This document shows, one piece after another, positions 21,603 through 32,184 of a stretch of 33,060 bases of DNA. The stretch comes from Octopus bimaculoides (Eukaryota). The notes beneath the pieces were generated by a model. That model did no database searches. It was not told the DNA's origin and worked only from the letters and a program-made list of their open reading frames with translations. Position 1 is the first letter of the stretch; the number at the start of each line of letters is the position of its first letter. The position numbers and the translations under genes were made by a program. Location of the stretch: NCBI RefSeq assembly GCF_001194135.2, contig NC_068996.1, forward strand, positions 47,767,324 to 47,800,383, in the 5' to 3' direction.

Positions 21603-21742
21603 GTTCATAGAAGGCAGCACCTGTGTTTGTGTTTATAGAAGGTGGCACCTATATTGGTGTTCATAGAAGGTGGCGCCTGTGTTTGTGTTTATAGAAGGTG
21701 GCACCTATGTTGGTGTTCATAGAAGGTGGCGCCTGTGTTGGT
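21603..21742. repeat. 28-bp minisatellite, 5 units in an A-B-A-B-A pattern
   Basis: Units start at 21603, 21631, 21659, 21687 and 21715. A = gttcatagaaggYRgcRcctgtgttKgt; B = gtttatagaaggtggcacctatRttggt. There are no spacers. Confidence 0.9.
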
Positions 21743-22164
21743 GCCTCACCTGGCAGGGCAGTCTTGCACTTACATTTCCCAGATGCACCTTCAGTCTCAG
21801 TAGATCACCAGTGCCTGACCAGTGGCATCGGACGTATGAATCGCAGTCAGACACATCGTACCTCATCTCCTCCCATCATGCTCTTGGGCATCACTGACAA
21901 TGACGGACAAACTAATAAAACAATAGATAATTTATGCATGCCTGCATGTATGTATAAGTGAAATAATGTGGAGCATTACTGACAGTCATTGTCTTTAACG
22001 TCTAGGGTAAGATAATTTGTGGGTGATGGTCGTACTTGTTTATGAACTGACAGCTACCATGGGTGAAATAGCACCATCAGAATGAAGGAAGTAAGAGATG
22101 ATTGGACAGATGTACATCATGGAAAGCTACAAGAGGTAGACAAAAATTTGAAAAGTATTTTTTA

Positions 22165-22388
22165 TATACCCAGGCCCATTCCCAAATTTTTTTAGGAGGG
22201 AGTAGCCACAACAAGATACACAACAGGCATTTCAGCCATTTCCCAGCTCAAAGAGGCAAGCTCCATTCTATGCTTGGATCAAGGCATAGAATGCAACCCT
22301 CAATATCAGCACCTAGGGCCCCACAGCATATGCTGTTTCACCCCCGCCACATCATACTGGTTCTGTACCCCTTTGAGCAACATCAAGG
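22165..22388 (-). mobile_element. RTE family B 3' UTR fragment
   Basis: Colinear with ~6455-6670 (tagccaca..caaagagg..aatatcagca..cagcatatgctg..cacatcat.ctggttctgta.ccctttgagcaacatcaa). Confidence 0.8.
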
Positions 22389-22910
22389 TTAAATTTGAAA
22401 AGTGACAGACAATAAGTAAATAAAAACACAAAAAAAACTAACAAAAGACTGAAAGGAAAAGAGCTATTACAGGTGAGCTCGTTATCAAGGTGGATGAAGA
22501 AGATAAAAAAAACAAGAAACAAAACACAACTTATTTTGAAGAAGTGTGCATCTGTTCAAATTGCAAACTGCAAATTGAAATCAAAATTGTTTTTATGTCA
22601 AGTTCCCAGGTCACTCATAACAAAGTTCTCCTTATTAGGGACTTAACGAGCCAGAACTTCTCCCTTTTATAACTGACGGACAGACGCTAGGCTAGTCTAT
22701 CATGTTAAATATGTAAGCAGTCTAAGTACAACTAAATGGATCCGACCATCACATGATGAACCAAAATGAGCAGCAAAAAACAAAAAGCTACAATGTGGGT
22801 AGCTAAAGTTCACAAGCACTCATGCTACCGACACATGATAAAAATAGAGATTATACATCTTGAAATTGAAATGCCATAAAACAGATTGATCCCCTACCAC
22901 CGACACCAGG

Positions 22911-23614
22911 AGGAAGAAGAAGAAGAAGAATTGGAAGAAGAAGAAGAAGAATTGGAAGAAGAAGAAGAAGAATTGGAAGAAGAAGAAGAAGAAGAAGAAG
23001 AAGAAGAAGAANNNNNNNNNNNNNNNNNNNNNNNNNNNNNNNNNNNNNNNNNNNNNNNNNNNNNNNNNNNNNNNNNNNNNNNNNNNNNNNNNNNNNNNNN
23101 NNNNNNNNNNNNNNNNNNNNNNNNNNNNNNNNNNNNNNNNNNNNNNNNNNNNNNNNNNNNNNNNNNNNNNNNNNNNNNNNNNNNNNNNNNNNNNNNNNNN
23201 NNNNNNNNNNNNNNNNNNNNNNNNNNNNNNNNNNNNNNNNNNNNNNNNNNNNNNNNNNNNNNNNNNNNNNNNNNNNNNNNNNNNNNNNNNNNNNNNNNNN
23301 NNNNNNNNNNNNNNNNNNNNNNNNNNNNNNNNNNNNNNNNNNNNNNNNNNNNNNNNNNNNNNNNNNNNNNNNNNNNNNNNNNNNNNNNNNNNNNNNNNNN
23401 NNNNNNNNNNNNNNNNNNNNNNNNNNNNNNNNNNNNNNNNNNNNNNNNNNNNNNNNNNNNNNNNNNNNNNNNNNNNNNNNNNNNNNNNNNNNNNNNNNNN
23501 NNNNNNNNNNNNNNNNNNNNNNNNNNNNNNNNNNNNNNNNNNNNNNNNNNNNNNAATAACAATAACAATAACAATAACAATAATAATAATAATAACAATA
23601 ACAATAACAATAAC

Positions 23615-23652
<38 letters not shown>

Positions 23653-23677
23653 TAACAATAACAATAATAATAATAAC

Positions 23678-23709
<32 letters not shown>

Positions 23710-23725
23710 TAACAATAACAATAAC

Positions 23726-23786
<61 letters not shown>

Positions 23787-23984
23787 TTAATAATAATAAT
23801 AATACAAATTTAAGAAGAATCTTAGTTCTCAGATTCTAATCTCTTTTTCCTAGAATATATCATTGATGGCTGTTATTTGAGGTCTCAGAGCGAGATTTAG
23901 AGCAGCTTGTTTAAAATCAAGAAAACAATGTTAATAATAATAACAATAATAATAACAATAATAATGAAATAATAATAATAATGA

Positions 23985-24040
<56 letters not shown>
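22911..24040. repeat. Triplet repeats: (GAA)n with a 21-bp TTG-interrupted period, a gap, then (AAT/AAC)n
   Basis: ttg interruptions at 22931, 22952 and 22973. (AAT/AAC)n lies at 23555-23805 and ~23933-24040. Confidence 0.9.
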
Positions 24041-24042
<2 letters not shown>

Positions 24043-24550
24043 GTGAAAATAAGTAGCTGAATTCCACATTATTGATCCATGTCAATGCGTCAACTCCATT
24101 TCAGGCATTAAAATAAAGAACATTTGATGTATAGATCCAAATTTGGTTGTCAGATTCCATACTTCTTGCAGATTTAAGAATGGTGGTATTTTGCAGAGCA
24201 TATTCTTTGTCAGCTCAGCAGCTTATAATCTGACGGTAAGTAAAAGTCTGCAGCTTCTAAAAACGATCAGATCGAGATTTTAAAATGTTTATTCTTTATA
24301 TTCTTTTTTCTATTTATTAGCTTCAATCAGGAGGTTATGCCCATGCTGGAGTTACACCTGCAGTGGGTTTAAATTTTTTTTTTTTTATCATTACGTATCA
24401 ATGTCAGAATATATATTGCTCTTGTATTTAATTTCAGCATTTTCTGTTTATTGAATTTCTCGTGTTTTTTAAAATCTTTTTTAGGTGTAAAAAGACAGAT
24501 GTAATTCATCGGTATATACAGACACCCATGCTTATACATACACATTATGT

Positions 24551-25000
24551 ATCATCATCATCATCATCATCGTTTAACGTCCGCTTTCCATGCTAGCTTG
24601 GGTTGGACGATTTGACTGAGGACTGGTGAAACCAGATGGCTACACCAGACTCCAATCTGATCTGGCAGAGTTTCTACAGCTGGATGCCCTTCCTAACGCC
24701 AACCACTCAGAGAGTGTAGTGAGTGCTTTTACGTGCCACCGGCATGAAGGCCAGTCTGGCGGTACTGGCAACAGCCACGCTCAAAATGGTGTATTTTATG
24801 TACCACCCGTACAAGAGCCAGTCCAGGGTCACTGGCAACGATCTCGCTCAAAAATCCTACGAAGGCCAGTCAGGCGGTACTGGCAACAGCCACGCTCAAA
24901 ATGGTGTATTTTATGTGCCACCCGCACAAGAGCCAGTCCAGGGGCACTGGCAACGATCTCACTCAAAAATCCTACGAAGGCCAGTCAGGCGGTACTGGCT
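24551..25000 (-). mobile_element. RTE family A 3' UTR, young, with an internal 115-bp tandem duplication
   Basis: The (cat)n cgtttaacgtccgctttccatgc head is followed by a unit beginning gaaggccagtc at 24746, 24861 and 24976. Confidence 0.85.
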
Positions 25001-25109
25001 ATATATATGTATATATATTATGCTGTATGTATGTGTGTGTGTGTGCGTGTGTGTAACAAGAAACTGATGATAAATGAAAAAATAATAGATATATATTTTT
25101 TTTTGTTGT

Positions 25110-25648
25110 GCCTACCAAACCCACTCATGAGGCTTTGGATGGCCCAGGGCTATAGTAAAAGTTACTTGACCAAGTTGCCATGTAGTGGAATTGAACTTAG
25201 AACCATGTGATCGGTAAGCAAACTTCTTACCACACAGCCATACCAATATATTACTCTCTCTTTTTACTCTTTTACTTGTTTCAGTCATTTGACTGTGGCC
25301 GCAAATCGACCCCAGGACTTATTCTTTGTAAGCCTAGTACTTATTCTATAGGTCTCTTTGCCAAACGGCTAAGTTATGGGGACGTAAACACACCAGCATC
25401 GGTTGTCAAGCGATGTTGGGGGGGGCAAACACAGACATACAAACATATATACACCCATGCACATACATAGATATATATATATACACATATACGACGGGCT
25501 TCTTTTAGTTTCCGTCTACCAAATCCACTCACAAGGCTTTGGTCGGCCAGAGGCTATAGTAGAAGACACTTGCCCAAGGTGCCATGCAGTGGGACTGAAC
25601 CCGGAACCATGTGGTTGGTAAGCAAGTTACTTACCACACAGCCACTCC
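25110..25648 (-). mobile_element. Two adjacent SINEs of the 13137 family (5' fragment ~25110-25245; near full-length 25255-25648)
   Basis: The head gcagtgggactgaacccggaaccatgtggttggtaagcaagttacttaccacacagcc is followed by an internal (AC)/(TA) microsatellite and the tail ttttacttgtttcagtcatttgactgtggcc. Confidence 0.85.
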
Positions 25649-26277
25649 TATTTATTTATTTAATAATGGTTTTGCTTTGTTCCATATAACTTAAAGTATT
25701 GTGCATGTTTAGGATATGCACCCCTCATAAGATGTCCAGAAACAACAGAGAATTTGAAAGAAATGGGAAACATCTAACTGTTTTGGCCTCTATTGGTCAA
25801 CTCAGGTCACATGGTGGTCATGCTATGAAAACAACAACAGTTATTTTCTTTAGTTTTAGATCCGTACGTTGAAGGAAGATGTTGGTAGCATGTTGGCACC
25901 ACTTTGATGGTAATCTACAATGTGGTATATTCAACATTTTCCTTGTATTGAGTACTATAAATGGTGCTGGCACCAATCAGCCAATCATTGACAGTAGTCA
26001 TAATGTGGGTGTTAACTGTTTCGGTCGTGTTAGGTTAAAAGTGATTTTATATAACTGAGAAGAATAGGTTGTTGCCTATACTTTTATCTGGGATTATATG
26101 TCCTGCTCATGTGTGTGGGTTGGCTAGGTCTAGAGTAGTGTATCTGGGTTATTCATGACCAGTGGCTTAAAGTGTATAATAATGTATACACACATATGTA
26201 TGCACATACACATATATATACACACACACATGCATGCATATGTACACACACACATATATATATATAGACATACATAG

Positions 26278-26485
26278 TCCACTCAGGTGGCAAAAATGAA
26301 TTGTACTTGTATTTCAAAGGGCCAACCTTGTTACATTCTGTATCACACTGAATATCCCTGAGAACTATGTTAAGGGTACGCATGTTTGTGGAGTGATCAA
26401 CCACTTGCAGGTTACTTTCATAAACAGGCTGTCCCATTGATCGGATTAACTGGAACCCTCATCGTTGTACCTGATGCAGTGCCAG
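26278..26485 (+). mobile_element. SINE 3' half (11705/19027 tail family)
   Basis: ccactcaggtggcaaaaatga..gtatttcaaagggccaacc..ctgaatatccctgagaactatgttaagggtac..gatcggatt.actgg.accctc. Confidence 0.75.
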
Positions 26486-27004
26486 AGAGAATACATATAC
26501 AGACACACACACACACATACATACACACATATGTGCATATACAAATATATATACATACACATACAGGTACACACACACATACACACACCTAATAACCAAA
26601 TGAACATATAAAATAGATGGTAATATTACACCAACTGTTTTGCTCTGATTTGGGGTATCTTGTCCGAAATATAAAGACTTCTTAAATCATCTCTCAAGCA
26701 ACATTTGAACATTGTGTTGTTATTACTCTCATATTTGATTCATCCCTTTGCATTGTAAGAAACTTTCCAGACAAACTCACTTTTCATATACCACAATGCT
26801 TCAAACAAACCACAGAACTTTTCTATAGGTATATTTGTGTAAACATGCACATGTGTATGGGAATATAGCCCCTTTTCAATCAGTTTCCTTTTACTAAATA
26901 TCACTCACAGGAAACGGGTCAGTCTGAGGTGATATAAATGTGTATGTGTGAGTGCGTGTGTACATACACCTTATTTTGGTTGTATATGTTAGGGCCTCAG
27001 TGTA

Positions 27005-27385
27005 TGGATGTCAGTGGTTTTACTTAGCTCAACACATCTTTGCAAGTTCAGCAAATTGCTACACCTTCTGATTCCTTGTCATTTCCTCAGTAACGCACAG
27101 CGTCGGAAGGTCCTTCCTCACCACTTTGTCCCACATCTTCCTGGGTCTATCCCTTCTATTGGTTCCCTCCACAATAACAGCGCAACACTTCTTTACACAG
27201 CTGTCCTTGTCCACACACATCACATGACAAAACCCGCACAGTCTTCTCTCTTGCACACAACATCTGATGCCTCTTATACCAAGTTTTCCTCTTAAATCAT
27301 TTACACTCTGTTGTGCATGCACACTGACATTATCCATCCAGTGTAACATGTTACCTTCATTTTTTTGTTCAAGCCTTTTATTTCT
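27005..27385 (-). mobile_element. RTE family A ORF2 C-terminal fragment
   Basis: ORF 27059-27349 reads LRGKLGIRGIRCCVQERRL..CHVMCVDKDSCVKKC..VEGTNRRDRPRKMWDKVVRKDL, homologous to 31265-31482. Confidence 0.85.
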
Positions 27386-27859
27386 TTCAAGCTTCTATCA
27401 ACCCTATTTTTGCTTTTGTTTTTTTGTTTTTTTTCTTTTAGCATTCATCTGGTCTAACAAAAGGGAATACATCCATGGCATTTGCAATCCTTCAGATACT
27501 GTGAGATCAATGCAGCTATTAATGTTTCTATTTGAAGAGTTATAAGTCAATGGCTGCAGCAAAAAATGTACAGCTGCAGGATTGGATTCTTGATGGATGA
27601 TGATGGGGAGCGGGGATGGGCATAGAAGGACTGAGTGTACAGAAAGAAATTCAATCTTGGAGAATGGGAACACAATCTGGGTGATGAGAAGAGGTGGGGA
27701 GAGATGAATAATAGGTGAGTGGGAGTGATAGTCATATATAAGACAAGCAAATTCTGCATGGCAGAGGTCACTGAAATAGTGTTAAAAGAGGCAGAAGGGA
27801 AAAAAGGAGGAAGAGGGACAAGACAGATAGATAAATGGATAGAGTCAGGGAAGGACTTA

Positions 27860-28830
27860 GTGAGGAGTGAGAAAAAGAGGTGGGAGCAAGAGAGGGAGAG
27901 GGAGAGAGAGGGGGAGATGAGAGGAAGAGGGGGAGANNNNNNNNNNNNNNNNNNNNNNNNNNNNNNNNNNNNNNNNNNNNNNNNNNNNNNNNNNNNNNNN
28001 NNNNNNNNNNNNNNNNNNNNNNNNNNNNNNNNNNNNNNNNNNNNNNNNNNNNNNNNNNNNNNNNNNNNNNNNNNNNNNNNNNNNNNNNNNNNNNNNNNNN
28101 NNNNNNNNNNNNNNNNNNNNNNNNNNNNNNNNNNNNNNNNNNNNNNNNNNNNNNNNNNNNNNNNNNNNNNNNNNNNNNNNNNNNNNNNNNNNNNNNNNNN
28201 NNNNNNNNNNNNNNNNNNNNNNNNNNNNNNNNNNNNNNNNNNNNNNNNNNNNNNNNNNNNNNNNNNNNNNNNNNNNNNNNNNNNNNNNNNNNNNNNNNNN
28301 NNNNNNNNNNNNNNNNNNNNNNNNNNNNNNNNNNNNNNNNNNNNNNNNNNNNNNNNNNNNNNNNNNNNNNNNNNNNNNNNNNNNNNNNNNNNNNNNNNNN
28401 NGGAGAGAGGAGAGGGAGAGAGGAGAGGGAGAGAGGAGAGGGAGAGAGGAGAGGGAGAGAGCGGGGGGGAAGGGGAGAGGGAGGAGAGAGGAGAGGGAGA
28501 GAGGAGAGGGAGAGAGGAGAAGAAGAGGGATGGTGAGAGGACACTGAGAGAGGGAGGGAAAAGGAGAAGGAAGGCAAGGGACAAGGAGAGAGAGGGACAA
28601 AGAGGGAGAAAGAGAGACAGGGAGGGAGATAGAGGGATGGAAGGAGGGAAGGAGTACAGGGACAGAGAGGTCGGAGAGAGGGACAGTGAGAAAGGGTGGG
28701 AGAAGGAAAAAAAGAGAGAGGGACAGTAAGAAAGGGAGGGAGGGAGGATGAAGGAAGAGAGAGAGAGGGAAGAGAGAGATATCAATGGAGAAAGAAAGAG
28801 AGAACAATGGAGAGAAGGGTGAAAGAGAGA
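27860..28830. repeat. Polypurine (GGA/GA) tract spanning a gap
   Basis: Read directly; almost only A and G on the + strand. Confidence 0.9.
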
Positions 28831-29243
28831 GGCTACAACACACGTATGGGTCAGATGTTGAAGAGGCTTTTATTGTCTTCTACTTGAATGCGATCTTGGC
28901 TGTCTCTGAGACTTGCAGCGGCATCATTCCAAATGTAGAAACAGTAACTCCAGTGCATGTCTCACCTGAGCTTTGTTGAATATTAGTGGATCATTTTTTG
29001 ATCCACTAGGTTTTGCATTTGTTAAAGATATGCCTATGGTGTTGTAGCAACACTGAGGGTTCTAGCTGCATGTGGTTCCTGTTTCAGTGGAGTGCCTGGG
29101 CAATAACAATTTCTCAATAAGTGAGACTATCTAAAACCTTGCTGTACTGTATGGTGTGAAATCACAATCGGTTCTGTTCTGATACTTTCAGTTTCAAGTT
29201 TCAGAACAGAATGAACCCCCATCAGAATCAAATTCTTTGTTAA

Positions 29244-29464
29244 CCCTTTAACATTTAAACCGGCCATATCCGGCCAAAAGTATTTTGCCTGTTTTATGTT
29301 CAAACTGGCCAGATCTGGTCTCTCACACCAGCCCTACAATATCGTTTTAAAAATTAACAGCTACCTCATCAAAATCTCATAGCTACAAGATAATGCATGA
29401 TTAGTTCAAAACAATGTAGATGAAAATGCATTAATTGTGACAGAATAATGCGAACACTAAAGGG
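29244..29464 (-). mobile_element. piggyBac-like MITE family 1, best-preserved copy (221 bp)
   Basis: TTAA|ccctttaacatt ... aacactaaaggg|TTAA (TSD at 29240-43 and 29465-68). The interior is the reverse complement of the 19774/21337 copies. Confidence 0.85.
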
Positions 29465-29614
29465 TTAAACACTTCTGAACTGTTGTTTAGAACTAAGTCA
29501 GTCCTGGTCTAGCTGACCTGTGATCAAAGATGTTCCAGATGTGGCCACTCCATCTAGTATACACGCAAGAGTTGATTGCTCAGTTTGTTCTACCTTTTGG
29601 GTAACTTTTTGCCA

Positions 29615-30530
29615 TCATCATCAGCAACATCATCGTTAAACATCCACTTCCATGTTGGCATGGATTGGATGGTTTGACAGGAGCTGGCAAGGCAGAAGGC
29701 TGCAACAAGCTGTACTGTTTCTACAGATGGATGCCCTTCCTGATGCCAACCACTTTACAGAGTGTACTGGGTGCTTTTCACAAGGCACCAGCAGTAGTGA
29801 GGACATAGAGTAACTAGAAAGAATGGGGGAGTAGTATTGAGGAACAGAGAAAATGGGTCTGAAATTAGCACTTCTTTATGCAGCTTTCTTCATCTATATG
29901 CATCACATGACCAAACCAGTGCAGTTTTCTCTCTTGCACACAACATCTGATGCCTCTTATACACAATTTTCCTCTTAAAACATTTACACTGTTTTACATG
30001 CACAATGACATTGCACATCCAACGGAGCATGTTGACTTCACGTCTTTCAAGCTTTCGCATGTTCTCTGTGGTTACAGCCCATGTTCCACTGCCATGTAAC
30101 ATGGGCTGTCTGTAAAGGGTAAAGACCCCCTTCAGTCATGAATGACCATGAGATTACATCTAGAAAGTTACCCTCTGTGGCACAACCCCAGGCAAGGTTA
30201 TTTAGGAAAGACCAGCAGTCGCCCATGCATACAAGCCTCTCCATGCCACCAATATTGTCCAAAGGCAAGGCCGAAAAGCCTAATTCAGCTTGGCACCAGT
30301 GATGTCAGAAATTATTTCTACAGCTGAAAATAGCTGTCTGTACACTCAAACAATCTCCCTTTCATTATGAGGGAGAGGCCCTTTGTTGTTACCTACAAAG
30401 GCAGTAGCTCTCTGAACTTTGCCCAGACAGTTCCTTATTCATGAAACTACACTTTCAGAGCAACCTAATTGCTGCTAATTTGGCTAAGGATCCCTGCTGG
30501 ACATTTGAGGAAATCTATTTCCTGTACATT
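29615..30530 (-). mobile_element. Degenerate 5'-truncated RTE family A (ORF2 end plus 3' UTR) interrupted by a SINE
   Basis: Minus strand: QEIDFLKC..CSESVVS..WAKFRELLPL..TKGLSL.MKGRL (30530-30340), then MLHGSGTWAVTTENMRKLERREVNMLRWMCNV (30102-29990), then the 3' UTR and (GAT) tail (29800-29615). Confidence 0.8.
30105..30328 (-). mobile_element. SINE-like 3' portion nested in an RTE
   Basis: gtaaagggtaaagacccccttcagtcatgaatgaccatg...gcttggcaccagtgatgtc..atttctacagctga sits between two colinear RTE ORF2 pieces. Its end resembles the SINE central module ctcatttttactagctga at ~2437. Confidence 0.55.
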
Positions 30531-30840
30531 ATTAGTGTTTGTTGTACCTACATGAGTGATATTCCTGATTCACTTAAAGTAGTGAATCATATTCTATGCA
30601 ATGTATTCAAAAGAAAAGTTTGTATTGTAGTATTTCAGAGTACGATAGATGAATATTGTATGCTAAATGGATAATTAGATGATGGTCATTAAGAACTAAT
30701 GCTGAATAATTGATAAATGATAGTCTGCACAAATGCATCTGTATCTGTATGCGCATGTATGGTGTATAAGTTTGTGTGAATGCGTGTGTGTATATTTGCC
30801 TTTGTGAAGTGTTGGATGTGTGGATGAGTATATATATATA

Positions 30841-31479
30841 TCATCATCATCATCATCATCATCGTTTAACGTCCGCTTTCCATGCTAGCATGGGTTGGAC
30901 GATTTGACTGAGGACTGGTGAAACCGGATGGCAACACCAGGCTCCAGTCTAATTTGGCAGAGTTTCTACAGCTGGATGCCCTTCCTAACGCCAACCACTC
31001 AGAGAGTGTAGTGGGTGCTTTTACGTGTCACCCGCACGAAAACGGCCACGCTCGAAATGGTGTCTTTTATGNNNNNNNNNNNNNNNNNNNNNNNNNNNNN
31101 NNNNNNNNNNNNNNNNNNNNNNNNNNNNNNNNNNNNNNNNNNNNNNNNNNNNNNNNNNNNNNNNNNNNNNNNNNNNNNNNNNNNNNNNNNNNNNNNNNNN
31201 NNNNNNNNNNNNNNNNNNNNNNNNNNNNNNNNNNNNNNNNNNNNNNNNNNNNNNNNNNNNNNNNATTTCCAAAGGTCTCGGTCAGTAGTCATCGCCTCGG
31301 TGAGGCCCAATGTACGAAGGTCTTGCCTCACCACCTCAGCCCAGGTCTTCTTGGGCCTACCTCTTCCACGGGTTCCCTCAACTGTTAGGGTGTGGCACTT
31401 TTTCACGCAGCTATCCTCATCCATTCTCACCACATGTCCATACCAGCGCAATCGTCTCTCTTGCACGCCACAACTGATG

Positions 31480-31482
<3 letters not shown>
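30841..31482 (-). mobile_element. Young 5'-truncated RTE family A: ORF2 C-terminus, 3' UTR (partly gap) and (GAT)n tail
   Basis: An intact frame ISCGVQERRLRWYGHVVRMDEDSCVKKCHTLTVEGTRGRGRPKKTWAEVVRQDLRTLGLTEAMTTDRDLWK is linked across a 193-N gap to the (cat)n cgtttaacgtccgc repeat. Confidence 0.9.
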
Positions 31483-31521
<39 letters not shown>

Positions 31522-32184
31522 AGCATGTATATTACTAACATGTGGGTTTGTACATGTGTGGATGTGTATCAATATTATCATCATCATCACCATTATGATC
31601 ATCAATATTATCATCATCATCATCACAACTGTATTTCATCTGGTATGAGTTGGAATATGTGTGTATGTATATGTATATATGTTTGGTTGTATGTACATGC
31701 ATATACATATAAATATATATATAGGCACACACACTCAGACACACTCACATACACACACACATGCACTTCAATAATTGCAGTTTAGAGGCAGGGAGATATT
31801 TACTGACACAGCCTGACACCTTTCTTACGAGACAGCTGATCACTATGATGAATTAGGGGTGTAAAAGTTGTTTCATACCAATCAGGAAAACTGAGATATA
31901 AATTTTACAAAGTAAAGAATAATGATAAGAGCTAGTATGTATGCGAAAAATACTGGAACTTTATCCTCTAAAGCAAAAGTGCGGACGCCAAAAAGTAAAG
32001 AGAAATGACCAGTATAGAATGGGCACCAGCATTTAAGAACAGCTTAAAGTACTGTAACCTCAGTATTGTACAGAAACTTCAAATTATATAACACCTGTTC
32101 CAATCCTAACAAAAAAAATATAAAAAGATCAGAACTTATTTCAACTTGCTAACACTTACTCAAATTTCTGCTGGTGTGCATTAA

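Larger units (their letters stand above)
8206..31264. other. Assembly gaps: 8206-8763, 10234-11074, 12202-12810, 13625-14216, 15232-15392, 16817-17149, 19358-19694, 23012-23554, 27937-28401, 31072-31264
   Basis: N runs, nearly all bordered by microsatellites or young repeats, typical of short-read assembly collapse. Confidence 0.99.

Noticed and set aside
21603-21742. 28-bp repeats resembling CRISPR direct repeats in length
   Set aside because: The units are contiguous with no unique spacers, the context is eukaryotic, and there are no cas genes.
28984-29008. Perfect 10-bp hairpin tagtggatca-ttttt-tgatccacta
   Set aside because: An isolated short stem, too small for a pre-miRNA, with no TSD or family evidence.
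28969-29070. Minus-strand donor cag|gtgaga preceded by a frame containing NDPL
   Set aside because: NDPL belongs downstream of the prodomain exon in PC2 but this site is upstream, and there is no polypyrimidine acceptor.
3101-31785. Long ORFs in the supplied track (His/Thr/Tyr/Ile, Val/Cys/Met, Leu/Ser, Glu/Arg/Gly, poly-Asn/Leu, poly-X)
   Set aside because: They are translations of microsatellites or read through N-gaps, are open in several frames on both strands, and show no protein-like complexity.
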